Of a DNA stretch of 64,000 nt, positions 1 through 12,900 are shown in pieces; the stretch's first letter is position 1, and each line of letters begins with the position of its first letter. The notes beneath the pieces are model-generated. The model was given only the letters and a program-made list of their open reading frames with translations. It did not search any database and was not told where the DNA came from. Made by a program: the position numbers and the translations under genes. The stretch is from an archaeon (GTDB taxonomy: Archaea > Nanobdellota > Nanobdellia > Woesearchaeales > UBA9642). The stretch spans positions 128,001-192,000 of the forward strand of contig JAGVGF010000002.1 in NCBI GenBank assembly GCA_020057295.1. The letters run 5' to 3'.

Positions 1-1
1 T

Positions 2-814
2 GCTAATTGGATTAATGATGTTTTATTATTTTCTAAATTAGCCGTACAATTAAGAGAGATAAAAGATCGTGAAGAATTTCTACATACTTTAAAACAATTT
101 TTAAAAGATAATTTAAGTTATAATGTGGATAATCATAAAGATGTTGCTGACTCTGAAAATAGAAATGTTGAAGCAACTGTTGAAAAAGACATAGAAAAAA
201 AGATAGAGTCTAAAAAATTATTTATCGAAAAACCTAATATCGAAGAGTCTAAACTTCAAGAGCCTGTTGCGGAATCTAAAGTTTCAGTCGTAAAATCTGA
301 CTCGGTAAGTATCTCTAATCCTATAGAAAAAGTTGTAAAAATTCAAAAAGTGGAAAATGCTATAAATCTAAATACTAAACTACAACCTATTCCAGAAGAA
401 CCAGAGCCAGAAAATAAAGATAATCAAACAATAGATATAAGTAAGTTTAGACAATTTACAGATGAAGAACTCGAAAAGTTCGTAAATTTTTCAAGACATG
501 AAACTGTTGATACTGTTAACATAAAGGTCGAATATTTAAAATCCGTGCTTCAAGAATTGAAAAATATGATTAAAGATTTGAGAAGATCAGAAAAAGATCC
601 ATTGGTTGCAGATTTGCTTGCTAGGGCTATAGCTCCGAAAATAGATTATTACGCATTAACTAAAAGCGTGGATGATTACAATTATATTATTACTTCAATG
701 AAAGAGATACAGCATGAGATTGAAGAATGTGACGTTCAAAAACATTATAATATTGCTGAAGAAATATTGAAAGACTTGAAACTTCAAGGAATAGCTATGA
801 AGAAAGCATTATAA
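2..814 (+). CDS. 5'-truncated protein with DUF5752-like domain remnant, low-complexity linker and helical C-terminus
   Basis: Frame of ORF 125..814 stays open back to base 2 (ANWINDVLLFSKLAVQLREIKDREEF...), matching the NDFANWI/NDFSNWI motif of the 2007 and 24514 proteins; the start lies upstream of the window. Confidence 0.75.
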   Translation, partial: ANWINDVLLFSKLAVQLREIKDREEFLHTLKQFLKDNLSYNVDNHKDVADSENRNVEATVEKDIEKKIESKKLFIEKPNIEESKLQEPVAESKVSVVKSDSVSISNPIEKVVKIQKVENAINLNTKLQPIPEEPEPENKDNQTIDISKFRQFTDEELEKFVNFSRHETVDTVNIKVEYLKSVLQELKNMIKDLRRSEKDPLVADLLARAIAPKIDYYALTKSVDDYNYIITSMKEIQHEIEECDVQKHYNIAEEILKDLKLQGIAMKKAL

Positions 815-870
815 TTGCATAAGAAAGTATATAAACTATTAGTTACTGTTTGTTTATTTAGAGGTGAGGA

Positions 871-1926
871 ATGTTTTGGTTTAAGAAAAAGGAAAAAGAA
901 ATAACTCCGCAAGAAGAATCTGCTGATAGTGAGGATGATAGTTCTGGAGAACAGAAACCTGCTATTAGTGGCAATATAGAAGCTGAGTTAACTAAGATAA
1001 AATCCTCTCTTGAAGCACTTAATGAAGTTAGAAAAGCTAATTCTGATCAATTTACACGTATTAGTGAACAGATAGGAGAATTACGTGGCGCTTTAATGGA
1101 TACTAACAAAGCTGTTGGTACTATAGAAGTAGCATCCACAAAAGCTATTGATATGGTAAATTCTGTTCAACCTGATAAATTAATGATTGAAGTTAGAAAA
1201 ACAGACAGTAAAGTTGAAGCGTTAAGAGCTAATATTGAAGCTAATGAAACAATAATGAAAGATATAATGAGAGAAATGAAAGAGATGCGTGCACAAATGG
1301 GTTTCTATAAAGGTGTTGATCAAGTTGTTAAGATGAATAATGAAATTAAACAAGAATTAATTGACATTAAAAAGACTGAAGGTTTAGTTGGTAAACATGC
1401 TGATCGTGTAGAAACTATATTTGTAGAGGTTGAGAAGAAATTTTATGATTTCGAGAAATTTAATGAAGCTGTAAAAGAATTAGATAGATCTTTTAAGAAA
1501 ATTTCTTCAGATTTTGATAAGATAAGGGTGGGTGTTGATGAGAAAGCCGATAAAAAAGAATTTGTTAAAATGGTTGATAAATTTGGTGACTTCGAAAAAC
1601 ATACCTCAAACATACTGAAGTTACTTGATCAAAAATCTAAAAACACACTCGTAGAATTGAATGCATCATTTGATGAATTAAAGAAACAACTTGAAGGTAA
1701 TTATGATAAAAAATTAGATGTTAAAGGTCTTAAGATTGATGATGCTCCTGGAGCCTCTCTAGGCACTGGAACTCCTGTAGACCCTGCATTATCAACTTTA
1801 AGTACTGAAAGTACTAAGAAAAGTGAGTCTGTAGCTTCAACTGACAAAGCGTCTGCTGTTAATAATTCCTTAAATGGTGCTGTTGATAAAGTTAAAGGTA
1901 TGTTTAGTGGATTGAAAAAATCCTGA
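871..1926 (+). CDS. coiled-coil protein with MFWFKKK N-terminus
   Basis: GAGGTGAGG RBS upstream; long heptad-like K/E-rich helical region; low-complexity tail. Confidence 0.75.
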   Translation: MFWFKKKEKEITPQEESADSEDDSSGEQKPAISGNIEAELTKIKSSLEALNEVRKANSDQFTRISEQIGELRGALMDTNKAVGTIEVASTKAIDMVNSVQPDKLMIEVRKTDSKVEALRANIEANETIMKDIMREMKEMRAQMGFYKGVDQVVKMNNEIKQELIDIKKTEGLVGKHADRVETIFVEVEKKFYDFEKFNEAVKELDRSFKKISSDFDKIRVGVDEKADKKEFVKMVDKFGDFEKHTSNILKLLDQKSKNTLVELNASFDELKKQLEGNYDKKLDVKGLKIDDAPGASLGTGTPVDPALSTLSTESTKKSESVASTDKASAVNNSLNGAVDKVKGMFSGLKKS

Positions 1927-2006
1927 TATACTTTTAACATATAATATTTTAAAAAATTAGACATAATTAAAGAAATTAAAAATAATTAAAGAGATTAAGG
2001 TGTATT

Positions 2007-2525
2007 ATGATTGATGATAATCCAAAACTGAAATTTTTGTCAAAAGTTCCTCCTCAGAATAATTTTGGTTTTTCTAATGGAAAAGTAGCTGAGGATATTC
2101 AAGGATTATATGATATCATAAAGGGTTCTGATGACAATAATTTTTATGAACACGTTAATGATACTAAGAATGATTTCGCCAACTGGATAAGATCTTGTGT
2201 GTTGCATATAGAATTAGCTGATAAACTTTACAATATTAAGAAAAAAGAAGATTTTTTGCAAGCATTAGGTCAGGAGATTGAAACAATAAAGAATTATTCC
2301 ATTGCTCCAGTAGTTCCAACGGCATCTGTTAATCTAGCTCCTCCTATCTCTAGTCCTATCATACAGTCTGTTCCCGCGGCTTCTGCTGTGCCTGCAAGTT
2401 CTCCTGCTCCTTCGAACCAAACTACAAATCCTGTTGCTATATTAGTTGAGGAAATATTTGAATTTGAGGAGATATTCAAATCTTTAATAGATGAACTTGA
2501 AAAAGAAATATTTTCTGAACAGTAA
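2007..2525 (+). CDS. DUF5752-like domain protein
   Basis: FGFSNG...LYDII...FYEHVNDTKNDFANWIR...LADKL motif, Pro/Ala/Ser linker, acidic C-terminal helix. Confidence 0.7.
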   Translation: MIDDNPKLKFLSKVPPQNNFGFSNGKVAEDIQGLYDIIKGSDDNNFYEHVNDTKNDFANWIRSCVLHIELADKLYNIKKKEDFLQALGQEIETIKNYSIAPVVPTASVNLAPPISSPIIQSVPAASAVPASSPAPSNQTTNPVAILVEEIFEFEEIFKSLIDELEKEIFSEQ

Positions 2526-2558
2526 TTTCCAAAATATTTAAATGTACGAGTAGTTATT

Positions 2559-2948
2559 TTGTTCTTAATGAAAATATTTAACACCCTTTTACGTAATTTT
2601 AATCGTAGACAAAAATTTTTTGTTGCGTTAACACTTTCAATATTAATTATTGGTTTATTTTTATGGTTGTTTATTGCTAATAGTAAATCTGCCTCAAATT
2701 TTGATGTAGAATCGGATGTTGATACAATTGCGAGAGCAAGTATTGCTAATGATGAATATTTTGTAAAGTATGGGGGATATGATTTGAAATTAGATAGTGT
2801 GGAAAGATCTTGTTTGAATTGTGCTACGTTAACTTATACATATAAGATAAATACTACTTTGCTAATAAAGTCAATTAAAGGATTTAAAGTTATAATTCAA
2901 ATACAAAACAACACATTAGTCGATTATAGAAATGTAAGATTAACATAA
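2559..2948 (+). CDS. small membrane-anchored protein with CxxC motif
   Basis: N-terminal TM helix (FFVALTLSILIIGLFLWLFI); SCLNC in the extracellular part. Confidence 0.65.
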   Translation: MFLMKIFNTLLRNFNRRQKFFVALTLSILIIGLFLWLFIANSKSASNFDVESDVDTIARASIANDEYFVKYGGYDLKLDSVERSCLNCATLTYTYKINTTLLIKSIKGFKVIIQIQNNTLVDYRNVRLT

Positions 2949-3202
2949 GTTCACCCTTTTTTAAAGTTTTATTTATAGTTCTATCAGATTCTGAATATTT
3001 TTTGAAAGCTTTATAAAGATTAAATTATAATAACAGATTATTAGATATATGTTTTGTTGAGGGGTAGTTAGATTTGTTGATTTAATATTATTTTAGGCTG
3101 AAATAACATTATACTAAAAAAGATATAATAGACCTTTTATATCATTATGCGTTTTTAACGTCTATGTTTTTTAGTATTGTGTGTGTCTTTTGCTGATATA
3201 AT

Positions 3203-3238
3203 GAAAAGCTTTATAAATAAAAAGTATAATATTATACT
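3203..3238 (+). promoter_or_regulatory. BRE/TATA promoter with perfect 16-bp palindrome AGTATAATATTATACT
   Basis: GAAAAGC-TTTATAAA at 3203-3217 followed by the palindrome at 3223-3238, upstream of the regulator and the giant-protein genes. Confidence 0.6.
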
Positions 3239-3284
3239 AATTACTATATAATTAATATTTGGTGAGTATTGCTGGTAGGATTGC

Positions 3285-3947
3285 ATGATTGGTAATAAGC
3301 TTGAACAATCGATAATTTCAGTATTTCAGTATAATCTTAGTAAAACCTTTAGTATAAATGAGATTTCTAAACAGCTAAGAAAGTCTTACCCTACAATTAA
3401 TCATAAATCAAACTTTTTTCTAAAAGAAGGAATATTAAAAAAGATTGATATCGGAAGATCATACCAATGTTTTCTAAATTTATCAAACGATAAGACAAAG
3501 ATATTAATATCGACAAATGAAGTGAATAATAAAGAAGTATTTCTTGAAAAAAATAGGGATTTTAGCATAACTTATGAGAAAATATCAAGCATTTGCGAAT
3601 CTCAAAGTTACAAAAAGAAAATATCTTTTGTTTTACTTTACGGTATGGAGATAATTTTTGTACTAGACAGTTTAGACCAGGAAATTGTGACTGAAATTCA
3701 GAGTTCTGTCCCTGCTTCTACAAAATATAAATTCTTATTCTTAACAGAAGAATTATTCAAAGTAGAATTTCTGAACAATAATGCTTTACAAAAAAATCAT
3801 GTTTTACTGTTTAATATACCTTCATATGTACAATTACTTGAAAGTATGGTTGATAAATTATTGACTCGCGGATTTATTAATTTAACAAAGAATGATGATA
3901 TTAAAAAAAATATCAATAAAAAAGAGTTATACAAAAACAAAACATAA
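3285..3947 (+). CDS. winged-HTH transcriptional regulator with degenerate nucleotidyltransferase-like C-terminal domain
   Basis: FSINEISKQLRKSYPTI...KEGILKKIDIGRS wHTH; C-terminal VLLYG motif lacking the catalytic DxD. Confidence 0.65.
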   Translation: MIGNKLEQSIISVFQYNLSKTFSINEISKQLRKSYPTINHKSNFFLKEGILKKIDIGRSYQCFLNLSNDKTKILISTNEVNNKEVFLEKNRDFSITYEKISSICESQSYKKKISFVLLYGMEIIFVLDSLDQEIVTEIQSSVPASTKYKFLFLTEELFKVEFLNNNALQKNHVLLFNIPSYVQLLESMVDKLLTRGFINLTKNDDIKKNINKKELYKNKT

Positions 3948-3987
3948 TCGTGCTGTATATTGTTTTGAAGATTTAGATGATAAAAAT

Positions 3988-6900
3988 ATGAATAACAATA
4001 AAAATTTTGGAAACAGGATGTTGATGAGTGTGTTGTTCCTATTAGTTATACTTTTATCTTTTTCTGTACATTCCGTTTATGCTGTCAAGCTTCAATCAGA
4101 ATTAAAAGACACTAATATAATTTTATCTTTAGATGACTCAAAATTTAATGGAGTAGACCTTGGTGAAAATTATGAGCTTATGATGTCTTTAGGAAATCAA
4201 AATTATAAATATTTTGGCGGAATGATATTTCCTATAATTATAAATACAAATGGAGAAGGATTATATTCTTTTAAATTATTAAATAAGTCTAATCAAGAAA
4301 TATTATCGGAAATAAGTGTATCAAAAACATTTGACTGTGATAAACTTTCATTAAATGTTGCTCCTTCAACAAAATCTTCAAATAATGATGTCGGAACATA
4401 CTCTGTTGGAGAAGAAATAAGTATACACCTATTCGAAGGACAAATAGCATTGAGTAATATTCCACAATTTATTATTATTTCAATAATTGCACAAAATAAT
4501 TCTGATAAAGTTTATAGACTTTCTGGAGATATAACATCTAAATTTATACCTTCAGAGTCCGGAACGTATACTGTGTCTTTGTACTGTAACAGTGGTGCAA
4601 TATATTCTAAGGATATTGTCGTTAAATCATCTGATGCCTCGAGTGATGTTAGTATGGGTAATGTTAGTATTATCGAACCTTACACGCAAAATAATGACTT
4701 AGTTCATAGTAATATAGAAAACAACGGTGCAAATTATTCCATTAAAAGAATAACTGTGAAGAATTCTCGTAACGAAGTTTTCATTGGAGATGTCAAAGCA
4801 TACAACATAAGGAGTGAAGCGCCGGTAGGAATACGTCAAAAAATATTGTCTCTTTTATCATCGAATTCTGGTAAGGAAATAATAGGTAAAATCGAGATGG
4901 ATTTAAATGGTGTTAGCGGATTAGAAAATACGAAACTATCTTTGAATGATGTTGACAGCACAAGTAATACGGTGCTTATAGAGTCAATAAGTAAAAAAAA
5001 TATTGAAGAAAAAAATACTATAAATTTAGAAGGAAGTATAGAAGGATCTATTGTTGATGCTTATGCTCTGGACTTGTCAGCATTAAGTTTTACAAATGGA
5101 ACTTTAACAAAAACAGCAAAAGGCAGAGTATTGTGGAAATGTAAAGATTGGAATTTTGCACAACAAACATGTTTTGGTAAATGGATTGAAGTAATGAATA
5201 TTAGACCTGGAGAAGATTATTCTTTTGAGGTTTCTCCTAATGATCCAGGATTTATTGAGACAGGATTGGCAACAATAAATACTGACAAATCAATATATCA
5301 AATTGGAGAGAGTGCTAAAATAAGTGCAGTTGTTCTGGATACTCAAGGATATTTAGTTAGTAATGCTACAGTAAACATTATGATAACAACACCAGGAAAC
5401 ACAGTATACTTCTTTGATAATGTTGCTGAATCAAAAAGAGGAATATATGAAATAATATTCAATCACAATGATATTATAGGAAATTATACTATGCAAGTAT
5501 CAGCATATAAGAATGAAACAAATCTTGGAATGACGCAGTATGTAAATTATTCAATGATTTCAGATTTCTCTGTTATGGAATATTATGATTTTGATATAAT
5601 AAGAAATATTCCTATAACTACAGATCCATTCAGAAAACCATTATATGCAAAAATATTGATTCATCCATTAAATGAAAATATTACTAATTATAATTTCACA
5701 GAAGTAATACCGAGTGATTTATTGGTAATTGATGCACCAGGAGCGACAATTTCAAATGCTGGAAATGAAACGCATTTAACATGGACTGGATTAAATGGAA
5801 ATGTTACATTAAATTATACTACTCAGCCTCCATTAATAACTCCTAACTTATTAATATTAGGAAAAGCATTTATAGAATATGTAATTAATTCTGCTACATA
5901 TATTTTTGTAGAATTTAGAAATTGGTTTATAGCTGTAGATCCAACTGTTACTAGAGATCAAGGACTTGTAGTATATGCAGATAGAACGGATGACGGATTT
6001 ATAAAATATAGAAATTGGACAGGATCGACATTACAATCTGAAGTTAATTCAGGTGTTGATTTTGGTAATCGAATAGCCTGGTTAAAATTTAGATGTCTTG
6101 TTAATCGCGAACAATGTATACTTGTTGGTTCAGATACTGGTGCCGATATTAATTTTAATGTATTTTATACAAATAATTGGACATGGTCAACAAATACTCA
6201 ATTAGATGGTTCTAGTGAGACTTCGCAAAGTAATATAGATCTTGATTGTGAATCTCTTTCAGGACAATGTATTGTTGTTTATGAAGATAGTACCAATAAT
6301 GATGCAGTGTTTGTATATAGAATTTGGAATGGAACAGATATTAGTGGAATTAATACTGTAACAATTACTGGTGGAGAGAATAACGAAATAGATTGGATAA
6401 ATTTGTATCCTCAAAAAGGAACAAATAATATCGGAATTGCAATCCAAAATGATGGTGGAGGAGTAAATACTGATACTCCTGCAATATATTCTGCAATTTG
6501 GAATGGGACTAATTTTACTAATTGGAGAACATTAACTGCTAACAGTCCTGCTGATGGTACGTCAAGAACATTTTATAGACATTATGATTGTGCTTGGGAA
6601 GGTGGCACAGGATATTTTGGATGTTTCTATGCTAATGATACATTAAATGCAATTTTATTTGATAGATTTAATGGAACAAACTGGAATTATATGGGGCGAA
6701 TATTTAATACGAGTGGTGAACCTCGTGAAATTTCTGCGTGCGGTCAAGAAGGATTAAGTTCTTTTAATCATAGTTACATTGGTTTAATGTTTTGTGATTC
6801 AGCAAATGATTTAGACGGCACAATTTGGAATGGAACAAGTTTACTTAAAACAACTCACGCTGCAAGTCCTGCTCAAAATACAAATGCTGAGTGTGGTGAC

Positions 6901-9900
6901 TCAAATAAAGGTGCAACTGAGTACGCTCAAAATTTTAAATGTACTTGGGAAGATGATGGGTCTAAAGCATTATTTGTTTGGGTAAATAATGGTGTAACTT
7001 ATCTAACCTCCGGATCATATACGAAAGCTACGAGTACATTTTCAAATCCTAATTGGACTTCTGGAACGCAAATTGTTGCAAATGGTGCAGGAGCACTTAG
7101 ATCTGCATATCTTGTTTCCAATCCTGCATCAAATAGTGTATTTTTAACATATACTGATGGTGCAAGAGATGGTGGATGTTCATTATGGACTGGCACGACT
7201 TGGGATGGTTCAGGATGTAATAGTGCAACAGTATTTGAAACAACCGGTCCAAATGTTGGAGTAGCATGGTTAGTTTTTGATTGGTTTAGAAATCCTCCTC
7301 CTCAACCAGAAATAACAATAATAACTCCAACAAATTCAATTGGTTATATAAATTATACTGGAATAACAAATCCTAGTTCAACAAGTATTGCGTGGGATAA
7401 TGGAACTACTGCTCTTCCTCCGCCTGGCGCTTCTGCTCCAATTACTGGAGTAGAATTCCCTTCTGCTGAATATGTAAAGATAACTTCAAGTAATGACATA
7501 AGACATATAACAACTGTTACAGGAACTGCTGGAAGATATGCTTATCAAAGTTTTAATTTTACTGTTACTGAATCAACAGTAAATATGCAATCAATAATTG
7601 TAACTCATGAAGGTTATGCCACTCAAACAACAAGTCTTACTGCAAGTCAATTTTATATTTATGGATATAATTGGAGTTCAGATTCGTATGTTTTATTAAA
7701 AACAGTATTTGCAAGTTCAGTTGATGTTACTAGTGAAGTAACTATTGATGCAGGATTTAATGATTTTGTTAGAAATAGACAAATGTATGTTCTTGTTCAG
7801 GGAAGTTTTGCAATAGGTGTTGGAGCAAATGCTAGAGCTGATATAAACACAGACTATATGGGTTTAACAGTAGAAACTATTCCAATGCTTTCACAAAATA
7901 TTACTGTGAATGCTTCCGCAATTGACGATGATGGTATAAGTAAATGTGAATGGATTTTCTATAATTCTACAAATGGTAATCCAAATAGTTTAATAGGAAT
8001 GATAAATACTTTTGGAGATTATTATTATAATTTTAGTTCTATATCAGGAGTTCCTGATGGATATTATAATTTAACTGTATTTTGTAATGATACATTAAGC
8101 GCAAGAACAAATGAATCTGTATATGTTTATATAGATTCAACTCCTCCAGCAATAATATTATATAATCCTACAAACAATTCTAATATCACTGTAAACTATG
8201 CATTGTTTTCTTGGAATGCGACAGATATATTATATGCTAATTTAGTTTGTAATTTAACAATTGATGGAACTGTCAGAGCGACAAATGTTGTATCTGCACA
8301 TGCAGAAAATATTAGTAGAAATATTACAAGTATTACTGATGGAACACACTACTGGAACGTCACGTGTAGAGATGACGCTGGAAATAGGAATATTTCTCAA
8401 ACCTGGAGATTTGATTCTGATACTATAGGACCTGCTGTGACTCTTAATAGTCCAAGCGCCTCATCTTACACTAATAAAAATCCTTTAGATTTGAATTTCA
8501 CTGCAACAGATTCACATACGATTGTTAATTGTTCATTATATCTTGACGGATCATTAAATCAAACAATAACTTCTGTTACTAGCGGCATTATGACTAATTT
8601 TACATTTACAAATTTAAATCAGGGAGTTCACAATTGGAATGTTAGTTGTTATGATAGCTTTGGATTACGTGGAAATTCAACAAGTAGAAATTTCACTTAT
8701 GATACGATATTGCCTACTGTGTATTTAAATATTTCAACTGGATACATTTTCAATGGAACGATTCCAATATTAAATTATACTGTAATTGATAATATTGATT
8801 CTAATCTAACATGTAATATTACTGTTAATAGTGTTATAGAACTTGCAAATATTGCATCAACAAATAATACTTTAATATCAAGATCAGTTCCATTACTTGA
8901 TGGATTTAAACAATGGAATGTTACATGTGTTGATGATGCAGGAAACGTTAACACTTCTGAAACAAGAATTTTTCAAGTCATAGGCGGTCCTCTTGTAACG
9001 CTTCAAACTCCTGTTAATGGAACGATAGGTAATGGAACAAATATAACTTTAAAATATTACGCTCAAGATGGGAATGGAGTTGCAAATTGCTCGTTATATA
9101 TTAATGATGTTCTAAATCAAACAAATACTAGCATTACAAGTGGAGCAAATAATACTTTTTTAATTTCAAGTCTTAATGAAGGAAGATATAATTGGAGCGT
9201 AACATGTTACGATACTAATGGTTATCCGGGTTATTCTAGTACTTGGCAAATTATTTCAGACAGATCAAAACCTTCAATAAATTTAAGTGCTCCAATTTCA
9301 GGACAGGTATTAACTACTACGCCAACATATTTTAATTTCACACTCTTAGATTTTTATTCCACAAATGCTACGTGTAATTTGACTATTGATGGAATTGTAA
9401 ATGCCGGTAATCAAAATTTTGTAGCATTAAATGGTTCTGTAACTACTAGATCTCAAACTGTAACAAATGGATTGCATTATTGGAATGTTACATGTATAGA
9501 TTTAGGATATAATTTTAACACTTCTTTAACGCGGAATTTTACTATAAATGTTACATTCCCTGTAAGTGTTACTGTAGTTGCTGACAAGACCCAATACCAA
9601 GAAGGAGAAATTGCTCAAATAAATATTACCACAAAAAATGAAACTTCAGGAAATATTGCTACAAATATAACTTTGGATTATATATACACCAATAATACTT
9701 ATACTGATATTCCTTGGTGGAATACTTCTTGGAATTATAGAAAGTCCATTGTTTTGAATCAAACAAATAATACTTTAATCTCTAGTAAAGCAATACTTGT
9801 AAATGTTACAGTTCCATATGGCACAATTACTAATTGTCATGAACTTCGAGTAGTTTCTGATTCAGATTTAAGTTTTGTAGATTCTAATGTTATAACTGGT

Positions 9901-12900
9901 GATGATGTTACATTTTGCTACATTTATTTTATTGGAACAGTTACTGCAAATGCAGTTAATGAAAATAATTATCACGTGTATTACGGAAATGTAAATGCAT
10001 CATATTCAACGCAAAGCGTGTATGTTTCCGGAAATTATATTTTAGAACAATTGTTTTATGATGATTTTTCAACTGCATCAATAACTTCAAATTGGACTGT
10101 AAGTTCTGGATGGGACGCATCTAATGCAAATCCCTTAGCTGGAGATCACGCTCATATTCAAGGAACTGTTACAGATGCGACGATTAGACTTACAAATTCT
10201 TTAAATTTGTTAAATTATGATTTTGTAAATCTATCATTTACGTGGGGTATAGATGCATCATGGGATGCTGGTGCTCCTCTTGATTATTTACGTTATGATT
10301 ATAGTAATGATTCTGCAAGTACGTGGACTGGAAGCGGAGGAGTAGGAACATTAAACGGGAACGGTGTTGCTCAAACACAAACAGTAAATACTCAATTAAA
10401 TAGTTCTTATAAGATAAATGGATTCAATTTAAGATTTAGAGCAACAACAAATAATGCAAATGAAGATGGGGGATTTGATACTTTTAATATTACAGGACAG
10501 TATGCTGTACAATCAAGTGTAAATTCAAATGTCGGAAATCATCAAGTTTGGATTTTAAGAACTACAAATGTTACAAATTCTTCTGGACAGTATAATACAA
10601 CATTTACCACTCTTGGAAGAACTTATGGAAATTATAGTGCTGTAGGATACGCTTATCCTCCAAATGTTAATTTACGTCAAGGATGGGGATATGATTATTT
10701 TGATTTAATTGCGGATCAATTTGGTCCTGTGATTACTTTGTTATATCCAACTAATGCAACAACTCTTAGAAGTGGAAATATCACTTTCAATTATACTGCT
10801 GTAGATTATGCAAATAATGTGGCAAATTGTTCATTATACATAAACGGAGTATTTAATCAATCAAATTCTACAATAAATGAATCTATAACTAACAATTTTA
10901 CTTCTGAATTATTCGAAGGACAATATTATTGGTTGATTAATTGCTTTGACTCTTTAGGTTCACAAACAAATTCTTCAAGATACAATTTAACAATAGATGA
11001 TACTCCTCCAATAGTTAGTCTAATAAGTCCAAATAATTCTGTTCTTCCATCTGGAACAATTACTTTTAACTTTAATGTAACTGATAATTTTGATACTACG
11101 ATTTTGTGTAATATCACAGTTGATTCTGGAAATTACTCAAAACTTTTCAACACTTCAAATGGTGTAAATTCTACAACAATTGCAAATATTACTGATGGAT
11201 TGCATTATTGGAATATGACTTGTTATGATAATATAAATAATAATGCGACTAGCACAACATTAAATTTCACAACAGCAACAATTCCTATTGTTACTTTGCA
11301 TTCTCCGGCCACAAATTATGGCGTGAATAGTACAAATATTACTTTGTATTATAATTTATCCTCTGTCAATGTTGATAATTGTTCGTTAGTATTGAATGGT
11401 CAATACAATCAAACAGTAAATAGTACACAGATTCCATTTAAGGCAAATGATGGACAAAATGTATTCAATTTAACTGGAATGGGTTACGGAATATACAATT
11501 GGACAGTAATATGCTTTGACTCAAATAATTTTAACGGAACCGATACGACAAGAATTTTCCATTTAGATAATGCTTTCCCTATAATTAATTTATCATATCC
11601 TGCAAATAATCAAACAATATTTAGCAGAAATATTAATTTCACATTCAACGTTACAGATATTGATGATGTATTAGTATGTAATTTAACAATTGATGGTGTT
11701 GTGAATAAAAGCAATCAAAATATTTCTTCTAATAATTCTGGGAAAGTAGGAAGTATATATGTTACTGGACTTTCTGTAACTAATCATAATTGGAGCGTTG
11801 CATGTGCTGACAATGTAGGATTTTCTACTACTTCTGTAACTTGGAATTTTACCATTGACTCAAGTGTAAGCATTTCTCTTACGAGCCCCGCAAATAATTT
11901 CCTATCTAGTTCTGGAAGCGTAAATTTCATTTATGTTCCAAGCAGTCCTGCGGATTTTGATTTAGGATTCTGTGATTTATACATTAATGATTCAATATAT
12001 GCAACGCATGTAGCTTTAACTTCAGGATCACCAGACACTTTTGCTGTCGCTGGATTAGGAGAAGGTAGGTATAATTGGTCGATTAATTGTACTGATAGCG
12101 TCGGAAAAAATGGTGCTAGTGAAACAAGAAATTTCACGCTTGATATGACTGGTCCGATTGTAACAAATTATTATCCTAATGGAAATGTCTTTACAAATAG
12201 TTCAGTATTTTTCAATTGGTCTGCAACAGATAATTATGATGCAAACATGAGCTGTACAATACTTGTTAATGGAACAGCGCAATCACCAATTGTTTATTCG
12301 TTAAATGGAACTGTAACGAATCATACTTATTCAAATTTCCGTGACGGATTATTATTCTGGAATGTTACATGTACTGATGATGCAGGAAATAATGGAACAA
12401 GCAGTTTGAAAAATTTCACTGTACAAGAACCTCCAGCAATTACTTTAAATTCTCCCTCTAACAATAATCGAACTAAAAATAGGAATATAACGTTTTATTA
12501 CACTCCGACAGATAATTCTGGAAATATAAGTTCATGTAGCATAATATTTGACGGTTTATTAAATCAGACAAATTCGACACAATTAGCTTCAGGTGTGCAG
12601 AGAAACTTTACAATAAATAATATTGCTGCTGGAAATCATACCTGGTCAATTAACTGTACTGACCCTTCAGGAAATATAGGATCATCAATAAATTATACTT
12701 TCTATATAGATCTATATGCTCCAACAATTGTTTTAGATAGACCTATTGAGGGAGATTTCTTAAATACAAATGATGTATTCTTTAACTGGACAGCAACAGA
12801 TTATTCTGGAACAACAATAAATTGTTCATTATATGTTGATAATTTATTCAAAAATTCAACAGCTAGAACGAGCGGATCATCATTTAATATAACAGCATAT

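Noticed and set aside
125-814. GTG start at 125
   Set aside because: The frame is open from base 2 and contains the end of a DUF5752-like motif, so the gene starts before the window
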